From positions 254,374 through 318,373 of the IMG/VR virus record IMGVR_UViG_3300028840_008185: a stretch of DNA of 64,000 bases, one strand, 5' to 3'. The notes under the pieces are model-generated. The model made no database searches and was not told the DNA's origin. It saw only the letters and a program-made list of their open reading frames with translations. A program made the position numbers and the translations under genes. Shown piece by piece: positions 15,868 to 25,610 of the stretch. Every line of letters starts with the position of its first letter. Position 1 is the stretch's first letter.

Positions 15868-18726
15868 TTATATTCCCAGTAAAGCTCTCATCTGGGATCT
15901 GCTTATTTCTCTGGTTGCGTTGGCGAAGCCCGCCCTCTTAAGATAAACAACAACCAATATCTTCATGCTTAGGGCTGGAAGTAAATTACCATAGCCATCG
16001 TTGTATAGATCATCAACATATATGTTGAGCAATGATGTGAGAGGATCGTAATACAACCCAACCAAATCTCTGATGGTGCTTCCAAACGTTACATTATACT
16101 CATTAGCTATTGATTGCAGCGCCGCAGAGATTTTAACCTTCCCCGAAGTGAAGTCTGAAATCTGCACGAAACTTCCATCAGCATATCTCATAGCATCTTG
16201 ACCACTAGCAGTTAAACCACTGGAAGATTCAGCCACAAAATTATCGAATAGTAGCACTCCAGAATATCCATCTAGAAACGTTGGATTTCCATATGAGTCT
16301 GTTATGGGAATGTCCAATGCTAGGTGGTTTATTTCAAGATCAACGGAGTAAAACGTTCCATCCGGATTCAAGATATTACCCGCATCAATGATCAGATTTC
16401 CCGGCACAAACCAATCATTTTGGCCAGACGGCAAATCATCTGTAATATTTTCTGTGAAGGTTGTTGGCAAAAGCCTTCTCAAATCGAACACAATTAGATT
16501 GTCTGGAATCCAGGTTGCATAATATTCGATTTCCCAAGTTATACTTGGAAATGGCGTCGTGGTAAATCTTGAGCACGTTCCCGGAATATCGACGGTGGTA
16601 GTGAGTGGATCTAACAAACTTTCCACTTGAAGTTCCATTCTTGTGAAAGTAGAACCTGCTGGGAAAGTGCTTATAACGCCATTCACAAAATCCAATATCA
16701 GGGCCGAATCAGTAGCGTTCACTATGCCGTCCGCATTAACATCTGCCCTAAAGAATTCCGCAGCCGACATATATCCATCTATAATAAACTGCTGGCCATT
16801 GACGGTTGAAATATCGATGTTAGAGGAGCCGTATAAGGTGTTAAATGCAACGATAAGATCATTAACCGTGCTAACATCTGTCAAATTTACATCTCCATCC
16901 CCATTAACGTCTCCATAGGCATCAATGACCTCCGTCTGACCAATTATCCTATACCTTTCCGAACAAGACGGTTCATCGGGGCTTAAAATAGAACCAACCC
17001 AATTATTTTGGGTCAGATCTGCATCAGGCACTAGCACATTGAATACATCTCCAACGGCCAACCCTGGATAAACGGTTGATCCCGTAATGCTACTAGCATT
17101 TCCTCTTGGATTCTGATCTCTTGCTCTGCCGAGAAGAACTGGGTCCGGATCGGAAGTCAACAAGGTGGTAAGAGAAGATTGATTGATTAAAGAAATCGCA
17201 GGAACGGTCGTCACTCTTGAGTATACCTGGTTTCCTGTTCTCTGATCCTGTTCTGGATCGGAAAACTCATTTGTGGCCTCTAGCAACACAAAATTATAGG
17301 TATCGCGAGTAACTGTGTAGTATGAAAGTGGCCCCTCTACATATGGAACCTCTGTGTTGGTCGCATCTGGAGCGATACGGGGCACCTCTAGGCCAAGGCC
17401 ATCGTCATAACCTATTCCGTCGGAAACCTTAACATAGCTGCCCTCGACACTGAACCACATATCGCTCGTGGTTACATTAATCCACTGCGAGCCGTCAAAC
17501 ACAGTCATATAGCTATTATCAGTTCTATCGCTTGCCTCTTCTAGGAGTATATCACCTATGCTGGTGTCTCCAGATCGACCAACGGTGAACACATAATAAT
17601 TTCCTGAAATTATTGGCGACCTAACCGGATCAGAGATTTCAGAACCAGTAAACACAAAATCCACTATCTGTGGAGTTCCATCTAAATGAATGCCTTGATT
17701 TATTAGATCAGCCTCATCTAATACAAGCTGAGCAATAATAGAAGGATCTGGATCAAAATCTATGGCGTCATCGGGCGTAGGAGAAACTGGGCAACTTACT
17801 TCAGTCTGGAGCGCATGCAGGGTCATAACAATTGAACCAGACCACTCGTAGCCATCGTTCCCTGGAACTGCAGCCGAAAGTGGATCATATTCGACAGAAA
17901 GCAGAACAGAAATCTTTTGGATATTGACGCCGCTGGCTTCAAACTTCTGGCCAATTCTGGTGGTTACGTCATCTTTAGGTATTTCCCGCTGTGTCACTGA
18001 AGCCAAACCAATGTTCAGATCAGAAACTGATTTGTCGGGTCCAACAGCGTCTATAAGCATTTGAGAAATGCTCAGAGCCGCAGCAGGAATAAACGATCCA
18101 AAAAACTTGCTGGGTTGCCCAACTTGAGATACGACAACAGGATCCGGCGACACTTCCATAGACATAGCCTCACTAATGACACAGCGCCCGACCAAATTGT
18201 ATCCATCCGCCGGGGAAGCAAGCTTCTCACTTCCATTAAGGTTTCCAGCAAAATTGTTGAAAAGAATACCCCTTATGCTTTTGTATCTGCCCCTGGTAAC
18301 TTGAGTTCCGTTCTCGTTGAAGGTCAGCTCATCATGAACCAAATCACCACCAAAAGTATCTCCAATGATGGCGACTCGCGTCTGAGCCGCGCCGGCTAAT
18401 CGCAAACCTGTTAGAGTGACTGCAAGCTGAACTCCCTGAACCTCATCAGAAACAGAGGTAAGGGGTGTGCCCACATATATGTTTTGACCATCAAACTGGT
18501 AACCGTCCAACAAGGTTTGCTGGGACGAGTTCAAGTCGCTACTATCAAAGATTTCTTGTCCCGTTTTAAACTCAGGAAGCACACCGCTCCCAAAGAAGTT
18601 GTTTTCGAGGGCAGCATCAATGCCTATATTTCTAGCCTGCTCGTCATCGAAGTCTTCCTTATCAACTTGTTGCCCGTCGTACCAATTGACCCTTTTAACA
18701 TCAACGGATAATAGTTTCCTAACCAT
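15868..18726 (-). CDS. Baseplate/fibre-attachment protein with dockerin-like EF-hand pair
   Basis: N-terminal RVNWYDGQQVDKEDFDDEQ resembles contractile-system baseplate/fibre N-termini. Contains GDVNGDGDVNLTD and ADVNADGIVNATD. Located directly after the wedge gene. Confidence 0.6.
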   Translation of the reverse strand: MVRKLLSVDVKRVNWYDGQQVDKEDFDDEQARNIGIDAALENNFFGSGVLPEFKTGQEIFDSSDLNSSQQTLLDGYQFDGQNIYVGTPLTSVSDEVQGVQLAVTLTGLRLAGAAQTRVAIIGDTFGGDLVHDELTFNENGTQVTRGRYKSIRGILFNNFAGNLNGSEKLASPADGYNLVGRCVISEAMSMEVSPDPVVVSQVGQPSKFFGSFIPAAALSISQMLIDAVGPDKSVSDLNIGLASVTQREIPKDDVTTRIGQKFEASGVNIQKISVLLSVEYDPLSAAVPGNDGYEWSGSIVMTLHALQTEVSCPVSPTPDDAIDFDPDPSIIAQLVLDEADLINQGIHLDGTPQIVDFVFTGSEISDPVRSPIISGNYYVFTVGRSGDTSIGDILLEEASDRTDNSYMTVFDGSQWINVTTSDMWFSVEGSYVKVSDGIGYDDGLGLEVPRIAPDATNTEVPYVEGPLSYYTVTRDTYNFVLLEATNEFSDPEQDQRTGNQVYSRVTTVPAISLINQSSLTTLLTSDPDPVLLGRARDQNPRGNASSITGSTVYPGLAVGDVFNVLVPDADLTQNNWVGSILSPDEPSCSERYRIIGQTEVIDAYGDVNGDGDVNLTDVSTVNDLIVAFNTLYGSSNIDISTVNGQQFIIDGYMSAAEFFRADVNADGIVNATDSALILDFVNGVISTFPAGSTFTRMELQVESLLDPLTTTVDIPGTCSRFTTTPFPSITWEIEYYATWIPDNLIVFDLRRLLPTTFTENITDDLPSGQNDWFVPGNLIIDAGNILNPDGTFYSVDLEINHLALDIPITDSYGNPTFLDGYSGVLLFDNFVAESSSGLTASGQDAMRYADGSFVQISDFTSGKVKISAALQSIANEYNVTFGSTIRDLVGLYYDPLTSLLNIYVDDLYNDGYGNLLPALSMKILVVVYLKRAGFANATREISRSQMRALLGI

Positions 18727-18741
18727 AGGAATATCCTCCTA

Positions 18742-21700
18742 TTATTTTATATAGCTCACAAAGGCTCTGGTGTGTCCAGGCCTCAGTCTGTTTATCAAAT
18801 CTGTCAGTAATCCTTGAGCCAATGATGTGTCTATTAGCTCAAAAGTATCAATAACTTCTACCCAGAAGTCAAATATTCCTCTTGCAAGATCTCTCACAGT
18901 GGCCAGGTGCTCAACCTCAGTTGGGGTTGTGTCAAAATCTAGCAGAAGTCTCGTAAGCGCATCGCTGATAACTGGTTGTGCCGTGTTCACATTTCCAGTG
19001 TAGAGCAAATCCTTACCAATAAGCTGTCCTGGGCCACTTCCGCCCAAATAGGTAATTGTTCTCATTTCGCTTGAGAATCTCATATTGTCGAACCTAGCCA
19101 TCGCCGTAAATTGGCCCGTGAAATCTGCGCCAATATGAACCGTATTGAATAGATCCTCTAGATTAATATCAGCGAGTATATTCCTAGCAGAGATAGTTCC
19201 AGCGGTCGCAGAACCCCATACTGTTGGTGAGCCATACAGATGGCCCTGGCCATAGAGCAAGCCTGTTCCGTAGCGAATAACGCCAGCCTCAGTTCCATCT
19301 ACCATTAGAACCAGCCTATCTTGGTTGTCTATGTTGTTCAAATCCCAACCCACCCAGACTCGATGCCACGTATTCTTTTTCCAATAAACGGGCGCTCTTA
19401 TCTGGAAGTCAGTTCCTGAAGCACTAACCGACAACGTTAGGAAGCCAGTTTCACTCTTGTAGATGCTGAATCTATCCCCTTGGGCTGTAAGCGGCACATA
19501 AATCACATTAACGACACGAGAGTTTCCAGGCAGAGCCTGCCCAAGAGTAATGGTTATGCCGTCGCTAGCCAAACTACCTCCAGTGAAGTAGTTTGTATCA
19601 CCACTGCCACCCGATATGGTCACCGATCTCACAGTTCGAGCCCGAACTGGAAGAATTACACTAACGGCAGAGACCGCTATGGTTTCCAACTGTTGTTCAG
19701 GAGCTAAATCCACATAGAACCTTCTTGTCGGATCGTTATATGTATCCAGTATTGGGCTCACCCAAAACTCAATTGTGCCCTGATCGTTGCTGAATATGGA
19801 TGCATTATCATATTGCAACGATTTTTGCTGGTTGAAGACTCCAGACTGGCCAAAACTCGAATTAACACTATTCTCACTCTGCCTAAAGGAATCGGAGAAG
19901 CTTGCGTAAAACGATGCGCTATTGGTCACAGCGTCATTGAAATGGAATAGGCCAAGCGTTTGTATGCTGTCTTCGTATTCCTGAACAACGAGGGCGTCTG
20001 TTGTAATGGATCTTCCAGAGCTGGGAGTAAGTTCTCCACGGCCAGTATCATCTGAAACTTCGTCCAAAATACGCATCTCGTCTATTACCGCATTCGCCTG
20101 ATTAGCTGAATTTAGATCAGAGCCGGTGTATAAATTATCTGGCATTTGTTCCCAAGGAACAGTCAAAAATGTTGGGAAGTCAACTTCATACCAACAGCTA
20201 TGAAGCAGGAATGGCTGCCCACCACTTCGGGCAATTTCCAAAGTAATCAAACCGTTTGCGAAACCACTGTCGCCGTGCGAGGTGGTAAGTTGTCTCCAAG
20301 CCACATTTGAATAGGAATCGGCCCAAGTTGTGTTGAGAAAAATTGTGTCAGAGTCTTTAACGGTGCCCGACGGATCTAAATCAACATTGGTAATTGTATA
20401 ACTGCTGGCTATGGAAGCCGGCGATGTAATATTGATAATCTTACCTATATCTTCGGCATCCCATCTGGAATAGGCATCTGAGAACTGGGCGGTTCCAACA
20501 AGCGTCTGGCCGTTTGCTCCAGCCTGCTCCTGAACTGACAAATGAACTTCCGCATATTCCCCATTATTCTCCTGCCAGTTTAAAGGATTGGCCTCTCTAA
20601 CTTCCAATGTCCCAGCGGACAGCGTTGTATCAACTGGAGTGAACGACGCCAGAATATCCGTTATAGAAGTAAAAAAGCGAGTTGTAGTTTGACTACCAAC
20701 AGAGGTGAAGGTCAAAGTTTCCATGCCGTAACCGTCAGTGGTATTTCCAGTTATTATAACTCTATTAAGCCCTGTGAAATCAAAATTGTCTCCGGATATA
20801 GTAGCTTTAAGCTTTCTGCCCGTTACATTATTAGATGGTTGACAGAAATCAAATGCCCCAGCGACAAGCACTGGGATTATATGGCCACCAACGACTGTAG
20901 CCACCAGAGCGAAAACTCCCGGATCCATTTCTACCTTTTCCACTATAATGCTTGTGATATTAATCTTGGAAATGTCCGTAGGCTGCGGCATTATTGTGTT
21001 TAGAATGTTGGTTTGCAGGTCTGGCCAAATATATACAAGCTGCCTACACCTAGCTGTAGTTAATCCATAAGAACGTAGAATAACACTATCACCGATACTT
21101 ACACCATTATATATGTCAACGATTTCTTGGTAGCCATCCTCACTAAAGCCATAATCAGGAGTTAAAGTGTCTGGTGAATACAGCTCAGTCTCGGTGCCGA
21201 GAGCATCTATGGAGAATACACGAACTTTTTCGAAGCTTGGGTCACTTACCGTATCAGCCTCCATGGGATTTACAGAGAATCTTATGCCGGTCAAACTAGA
21301 CACTGCTGTATAGGGAACGCCCGAGCCCGCTGGCCCAACTTCCATCCGCAGTTGATTTTCGCCAACAACAGCTCTCACAAATACGAAAGGAGATGTTTGA
21401 GTGTTGGTTCCGTCAGTCGTATCATCCAATATCATAAATTTACTTCCTACAACAACGCCCTCGGTCACAAACTGAGATCCGCCAGAGGTAAATAGATCTG
21501 AGCCAGCGACAGTTCTTCCGTCAAAGCCGCCGATGATTGGAGCGGTAGCCGAAGGTATTAGAATCTCACTAGCCTCGTCCATATATAGTGCCCCACTTGG
21601 CGGCTCCAAATATCCTCTAAATCTATATGTATTGGGAACCTCTACGCCATCCACAAACAAGTGGAGTTCGTCGCGCATCTCTATTGTGCTAATTTTCCAA

Positions 21701-24700
21701 GATACTGCAATGTGATGAGTTTCCGATCTTTCCCAATCCTGTATGTTTGTGCTCAACATTTTAAGGCGAGTGTTATCGTCATAGACCTTAAAGCGCAAAA
21801 ATCCTTTGCCATCTTTGAATAAAGACATGCGGCAACGATTTTCTGTGAAGCCAGTATCAAAGAAGTAATGTAGATTGTCAGATGTGAAATCTATCCCATC
21901 AAAACCAGCCAGGGCTCCGTTATAAGCGTCGTAGGCGTCGAAAGCCATATTCATGGAGTCATAAGCATCGACTATGAAGGCAAAGTTCACGGATTCATCA
22001 GTGGATCTCAGGGAGTCGTTTACTTCGTCAATACTATAGCCATCGTAGCCATCATAACCATCTGCGGTCGAGGCTTCAATTACATCGTAAAACTCGCCAG
22101 TCGTAGCCAAAGTTCCAGTGAATTCTCTGCTTTCGGCAATAGGTGCTCTAACACGCAATCTCCACTTATTAGAAGTGGAATCAAACCAAATGAAGTATCC
22201 AACCGCACTGTGCAGGTTGCTGGGTCTTCCCAACACGGAAGTATCAGTGCGCTCTAGCGTAAAAGGTATTTCAATTGGGTTCGCATTGTTCGAGCCGATA
22301 TACACCTTGTCCGGTTGATATGTGCCCTCAAACTTTATGTCGAAAGTTATTGCAGCATCATTGTCTATACCGTCCCACTCAGGAATTACGAAAGCTTCCC
22401 AAGTTCCCTCACTGAACCTAAGATTGGAGTTTGCTGGAAGGCTTGCACTTTGTCCGTCAGTGTCGAGCAGCAAACCATCTCCAAACTTTCCAGGAACAAA
22501 AGTGGGCAATTCAGAATCAGTATTAGCGGCCAGTTCCATTTCCATCAGGTGGAAGAAATCTCTACCCAAAATCCACTCTAAGAACACAGACTCGATTATG
22601 TTCGGATCTATTTGAGTCAAGCTGCTTACAAGCTGTTTAATAGATGGAATAGTTGGGCCCTTTGGAAACGTTTGCAGGGAGCCCTTCACCGCATTACGGT
22701 AGGTTTCTCTATCCAACAGCTCCGGAATTGTGGAAAGCTCTTCTATGCCCGTGAGCACACCAAAGTTGTCCCTAAGGCTATTTCTCAATGCGCCATAGCG
22801 ATATGTTACAAAATATGTTTCGTCTTCATCTAGCGTGCTGGAAATGCTCCAGTCAAGAACGTTGTCACCATACTCATAGTCGATCAGTATCTCGTCGGAG
22901 GTATATGTGTAATCCAAATACATACGGCCAGAAATGTAGTCAACCAATACAGCCGCTCCAGCTCTAAGCTTCGCTTTGTATACAGCCTTAGCTAAAGAGC
23001 CTGCCGTGGCGGTTGTGGTCGAGGGCAGGTAAATCCTGTTATTGACGGCATCAATATATCCGTTGGTGCCCTGCGAAAAGTAATTTATAGAGTTGTTCAA
23101 GCCGCTTACATTGCTTGCCGAAACCAAGGCAACTAGGCTGCTTGCAAACATAGAGGCTATTCTCGCAGCGTTTACATATAGGCGAGAGCCATCAGTTTGA
23201 ATGGTGAGACCCGCGCCGTCGTTGTCATCGTCTATGGAAACGCCATCGGCACTCATTACGATTGTATTGCCTGAAGTTGAAGATACAACTGCACCCTCAG
23301 AAAAATCTATTGGATCTGGTCTAACCTGCAAATCGGTCACTTGGAAGATGTGATCTACGCGAGATATATTGTCTCTCACTGTGACCGTGTTTCCATTAGT
23401 TCCTGCTACAACCACAATAACAGTGCCATCTGTCAACGTTCGCTCTCCAGCTGCTTCTAGATCTGGAGTTTCAACAGTGGTGTCAGTAACAGTTCCGACT
23501 CTAAATACTTCAGTATTGGAAACGCTAACCGACGGGCTCCTGTAAATATCATCAACTCTTATGATATGGTCGTTACGAGTTTTAATCAAACCCCTTCTAT
23601 ACGAGGCATCTCCAATGTCGGAGCTTGATCCAGAATTTCTAGCCAAATAGGCAACCCCGGATTCATAATCTACCATATAATCACCAAGCTGTTGCAACCT
23701 CTGAAGGTTGTCCGCTATGGAATCATCTGGGTCATAAAAGAACTCTCGCAGAAAAATATCAACATCAGAAAAGGTTAGGGTGGTGTTGAAACTCGAACCT
23801 ATGAAGCTTCCTATGGCCGAGCCAATGTCTGTATCTGGAAGCTCTATTCTGAATGCCACAAATGTTTTACCAGTGATCGTAATCTCTTCGGTCACGACTA
23901 TCTGCGCCTGAATTACTTGGTCGAATTCCGCAGCCTCTCGCACCACATCCACTATGTTTGGAGGAGTCACTGAAGAGAAGTATACTTGGTTCCCCGTGAT
24001 TCTGGTTGGGGTATATATCTCTCCGGTTGTTTCATTAAATATTCTGAATACTTCTTCTACCTGGTTATTCTCGGTGACCAGACCAATGGTGTCAATTAAT
24101 CTGTTCTCTACGCGCTCACCTATGACCTCAATGTGAGTTAGTAGCTCGTAATCAGTGCCTTCTGCATAGGTGTCCTCATAGTCGAACGTAACGGTTGCCG
24201 CATTGCCCCTTAAATCTCTGCCCGGCAGAGAAGCTATTTCGTTAAGATCAGAGAAGAACACATAATCTAGCCCTTCCTGGAATGTCTGTTTGAACTTATA
24301 TGTGGCCACTGGAGGAACTGTGGTTGTTCCATCAGTCCCCGAGCCATCTACACCATACACAAACGCTTTGCCAGTAGTATAGTCGATTGAATATTGACCT
24401 GGCGAACTGGGCAAGCTGGCCTGATTGTATACAATCTCAGTCACAAACGCCGGGTGTTTTTGTGTTGGGTCAAAGTTTTTAGCAGGATCCAAGAAGGTGA
24501 CTCCATTCAACCTGGGCACAGCACCAGTGGAATCAACTATGGGTGCATGGTCAAAGAAGAAAACTGTAGCAACCGCTTCTACGCTTTCTCTAACTATATC
24601 GACGGTTGTGGCCACCTCAACAGTGTCTGGGTCTATAATACGCCCAAGACGCTTATATTGATAAGAGATTACGAACTTATCATTTCCACTTGGAAATGGA

Positions 24701-25608
24701 AAAGTTGGACCAATGGCCGAGTTGGTTAATTTGATTTGATTGTCTTCTAAGGTCAGGAAGTCATATGAGTTCTCGGAGTCAAACCTGCTGTCCAGAATAC
24801 CATATTTATATAGGGCAATGTTGTAGGTATATTCGGTGGTTCCGCTGACCAGCTTAATAGATTGCACTGATATAACAGGGCCTTTGGACAGTGTGATTGT
24901 CAGGCCTGTGAAGCTATTAGCGTCGTTTGCCGTATTAGAAACTTCTTCCGCAGTTACGGATATTTGTTGCAAGCTTACTGGGTCAGACGGAAACTCATCA
25001 TAAGATAGTGTATCTTGGGTAGTGGCCCCTGTGACTGTACTTCCAACTCTAAGAACCTGGAAAACACCCTCGTTGGCGAAGCGATCAAAGGCTCCAGAGC
25101 CTCTTGTAATCTCTTCGTCCACCACATCTATAGAAACATAGCTAGCACTACCAACTTCTCCCGAGTCGTGTGCAAGATCCAAGAGATTTTTGGCGCTGGC
25201 ATCTATAGAGTCAAAAACCAAACTCTCGGACTCTTTGTTGTAAATATCTGGAATGTCTTGTAGTATTTCATCTCTAATTGCATTTTCTTCAATCTCGCCA
25301 ACAAAATATACAACGTTAGTGGCTCCATCCTCTAGGAACCTTTCTCCACGCGCCCCCTTTATTATATCTGTTGTGGTTGAGGCGAGGGTAAGTTTGTAGT
25401 AAGCCCTAGCCACCATGGGTCGGGTGGTAATAGTCAATACATTGGTGGCTACAGAAACAGACAACACATCTAAATCTGGCGTGCTGCTGTTCGCGCCCGC
25501 GATAGTAACGTTGTTTGTTGTAATGCCAGTGTCGAGAGTAGCTGTAAACTCTATATCTATTTCTGTGCTACTTTTAACTACCAGCCTTTTTATGCGAAGA
25601 TTAGCCAT
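18742..25608 (-). CDS. Very large baseplate wedge protein (gpI/gp7-like) with Ig-like and LamG-like domains
   Basis: KGPTIPSIKQLVSSLT and terminal LINRLRPGHTRAFVSY (gpI-like). LamG-like GTWEAFV..HHIAVSW..LFVDG and GTIEFWVSP..WHRVWVGWD..LMVDG. Follows the J-like gene. Confidence 0.75.
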   Translation of the reverse strand: MANLRIKRLVVKSSTEIDIEFTATLDTGITTNNVTIAGANSSTPDLDVLSVSVATNVLTITTRPMVARAYYKLTLASTTTDIIKGARGERFLEDGATNVVYFVGEIEENAIRDEILQDIPDIYNKESESLVFDSIDASAKNLLDLAHDSGEVGSASYVSIDVVDEEITRGSGAFDRFANEGVFQVLRVGSTVTGATTQDTLSYDEFPSDPVSLQQISVTAEEVSNTANDANSFTGLTITLSKGPVISVQSIKLVSGTTEYTYNIALYKYGILDSRFDSENSYDFLTLEDNQIKLTNSAIGPTFPFPSGNDKFVISYQYKRLGRIIDPDTVEVATTVDIVRESVEAVATVFFFDHAPIVDSTGAVPRLNGVTFLDPAKNFDPTQKHPAFVTEIVYNQASLPSSPGQYSIDYTTGKAFVYGVDGSGTDGTTTVPPVATYKFKQTFQEGLDYVFFSDLNEIASLPGRDLRGNAATVTFDYEDTYAEGTDYELLTHIEVIGERVENRLIDTIGLVTENNQVEEVFRIFNETTGEIYTPTRITGNQVYFSSVTPPNIVDVVREAAEFDQVIQAQIVVTEEITITGKTFVAFRIELPDTDIGSAIGSFIGSSFNTTLTFSDVDIFLREFFYDPDDSIADNLQRLQQLGDYMVDYESGVAYLARNSGSSSDIGDASYRRGLIKTRNDHIIRVDDIYRSPSVSVSNTEVFRVGTVTDTTVETPDLEAAGERTLTDGTVIVVVAGTNGNTVTVRDNISRVDHIFQVTDLQVRPDPIDFSEGAVVSSTSGNTIVMSADGVSIDDDNDGAGLTIQTDGSRLYVNAARIASMFASSLVALVSASNVSGLNNSINYFSQGTNGYIDAVNNRIYLPSTTTATAGSLAKAVYKAKLRAGAAVLVDYISGRMYLDYTYTSDEILIDYEYGDNVLDWSISSTLDEDETYFVTYRYGALRNSLRDNFGVLTGIEELSTIPELLDRETYRNAVKGSLQTFPKGPTIPSIKQLVSSLTQIDPNIIESVFLEWILGRDFFHLMEMELAANTDSELPTFVPGKFGDGLLLDTDGQSASLPANSNLRFSEGTWEAFVIPEWDGIDNDAAITFDIKFEGTYQPDKVYIGSNNANPIEIPFTLERTDTSVLGRPSNLHSAVGYFIWFDSTSNKWRLRVRAPIAESREFTGTLATTGEFYDVIEASTADGYDGYDGYSIDEVNDSLRSTDESVNFAFIVDAYDSMNMAFDAYDAYNGALAGFDGIDFTSDNLHYFFDTGFTENRCRMSLFKDGKGFLRFKVYDDNTRLKMLSTNIQDWERSETHHIAVSWKISTIEMRDELHLFVDGVEVPNTYRFRGYLEPPSGALYMDEASEILIPSATAPIIGGFDGRTVAGSDLFTSGGSQFVTEGVVVGSKFMILDDTTDGTNTQTSPFVFVRAVVGENQLRMEVGPAGSGVPYTAVSSLTGIRFSVNPMEADTVSDPSFEKVRVFSIDALGTETELYSPDTLTPDYGFSEDGYQEIVDIYNGVSIGDSVILRSYGLTTARCRQLVYIWPDLQTNILNTIMPQPTDISKINITSIIVEKVEMDPGVFALVATVVGGHIIPVLVAGAFDFCQPSNNVTGRKLKATISGDNFDFTGLNRVIITGNTTDGYGMETLTFTSVGSQTTTRFFTSITDILASFTPVDTTLSAGTLEVREANPLNWQENNGEYAEVHLSVQEQAGANGQTLVGTAQFSDAYSRWDAEDIGKIINITSPASIASSYTITNVDLDPSGTVKDSDTIFLNTTWADSYSNVAWRQLTTSHGDSGFANGLITLEIARSGGQPFLLHSCWYEVDFPTFLTVPWEQMPDNLYTGSDLNSANQANAVIDEMRILDEVSDDTGRGELTPSSGRSITTDALVVQEYEDSIQTLGLFHFNDAVTNSASFYASFSDSFRQSENSVNSSFGQSGVFNQQKSLQYDNASIFSNDQGTIEFWVSPILDTYNDPTRRFYVDLAPEQQLETIAVSAVSVILPVRARTVRSVTISGGSGDTNYFTGGSLASDGITITLGQALPGNSRVVNVIYVPLTAQGDRFSIYKSETGFLTLSVSASGTDFQIRAPVYWKKNTWHRVWVGWDLNNIDNQDRLVLMVDGTEAGVIRYGTGLLYGQGHLYGSPTVWGSATAGTISARNILADINLEDLFNTVHIGADFTGQFTAMARFDNMRFSSEMRTITYLGGSGPGQLIGKDLLYTGNVNTAQPVISDALTRLLLDFDTTPTEVEHLATVRDLARGIFDFWVEVIDTFELIDTSLAQGLLTDLINRLRPGHTRAFVSYIK

Positions 25609-25610
25609 GT

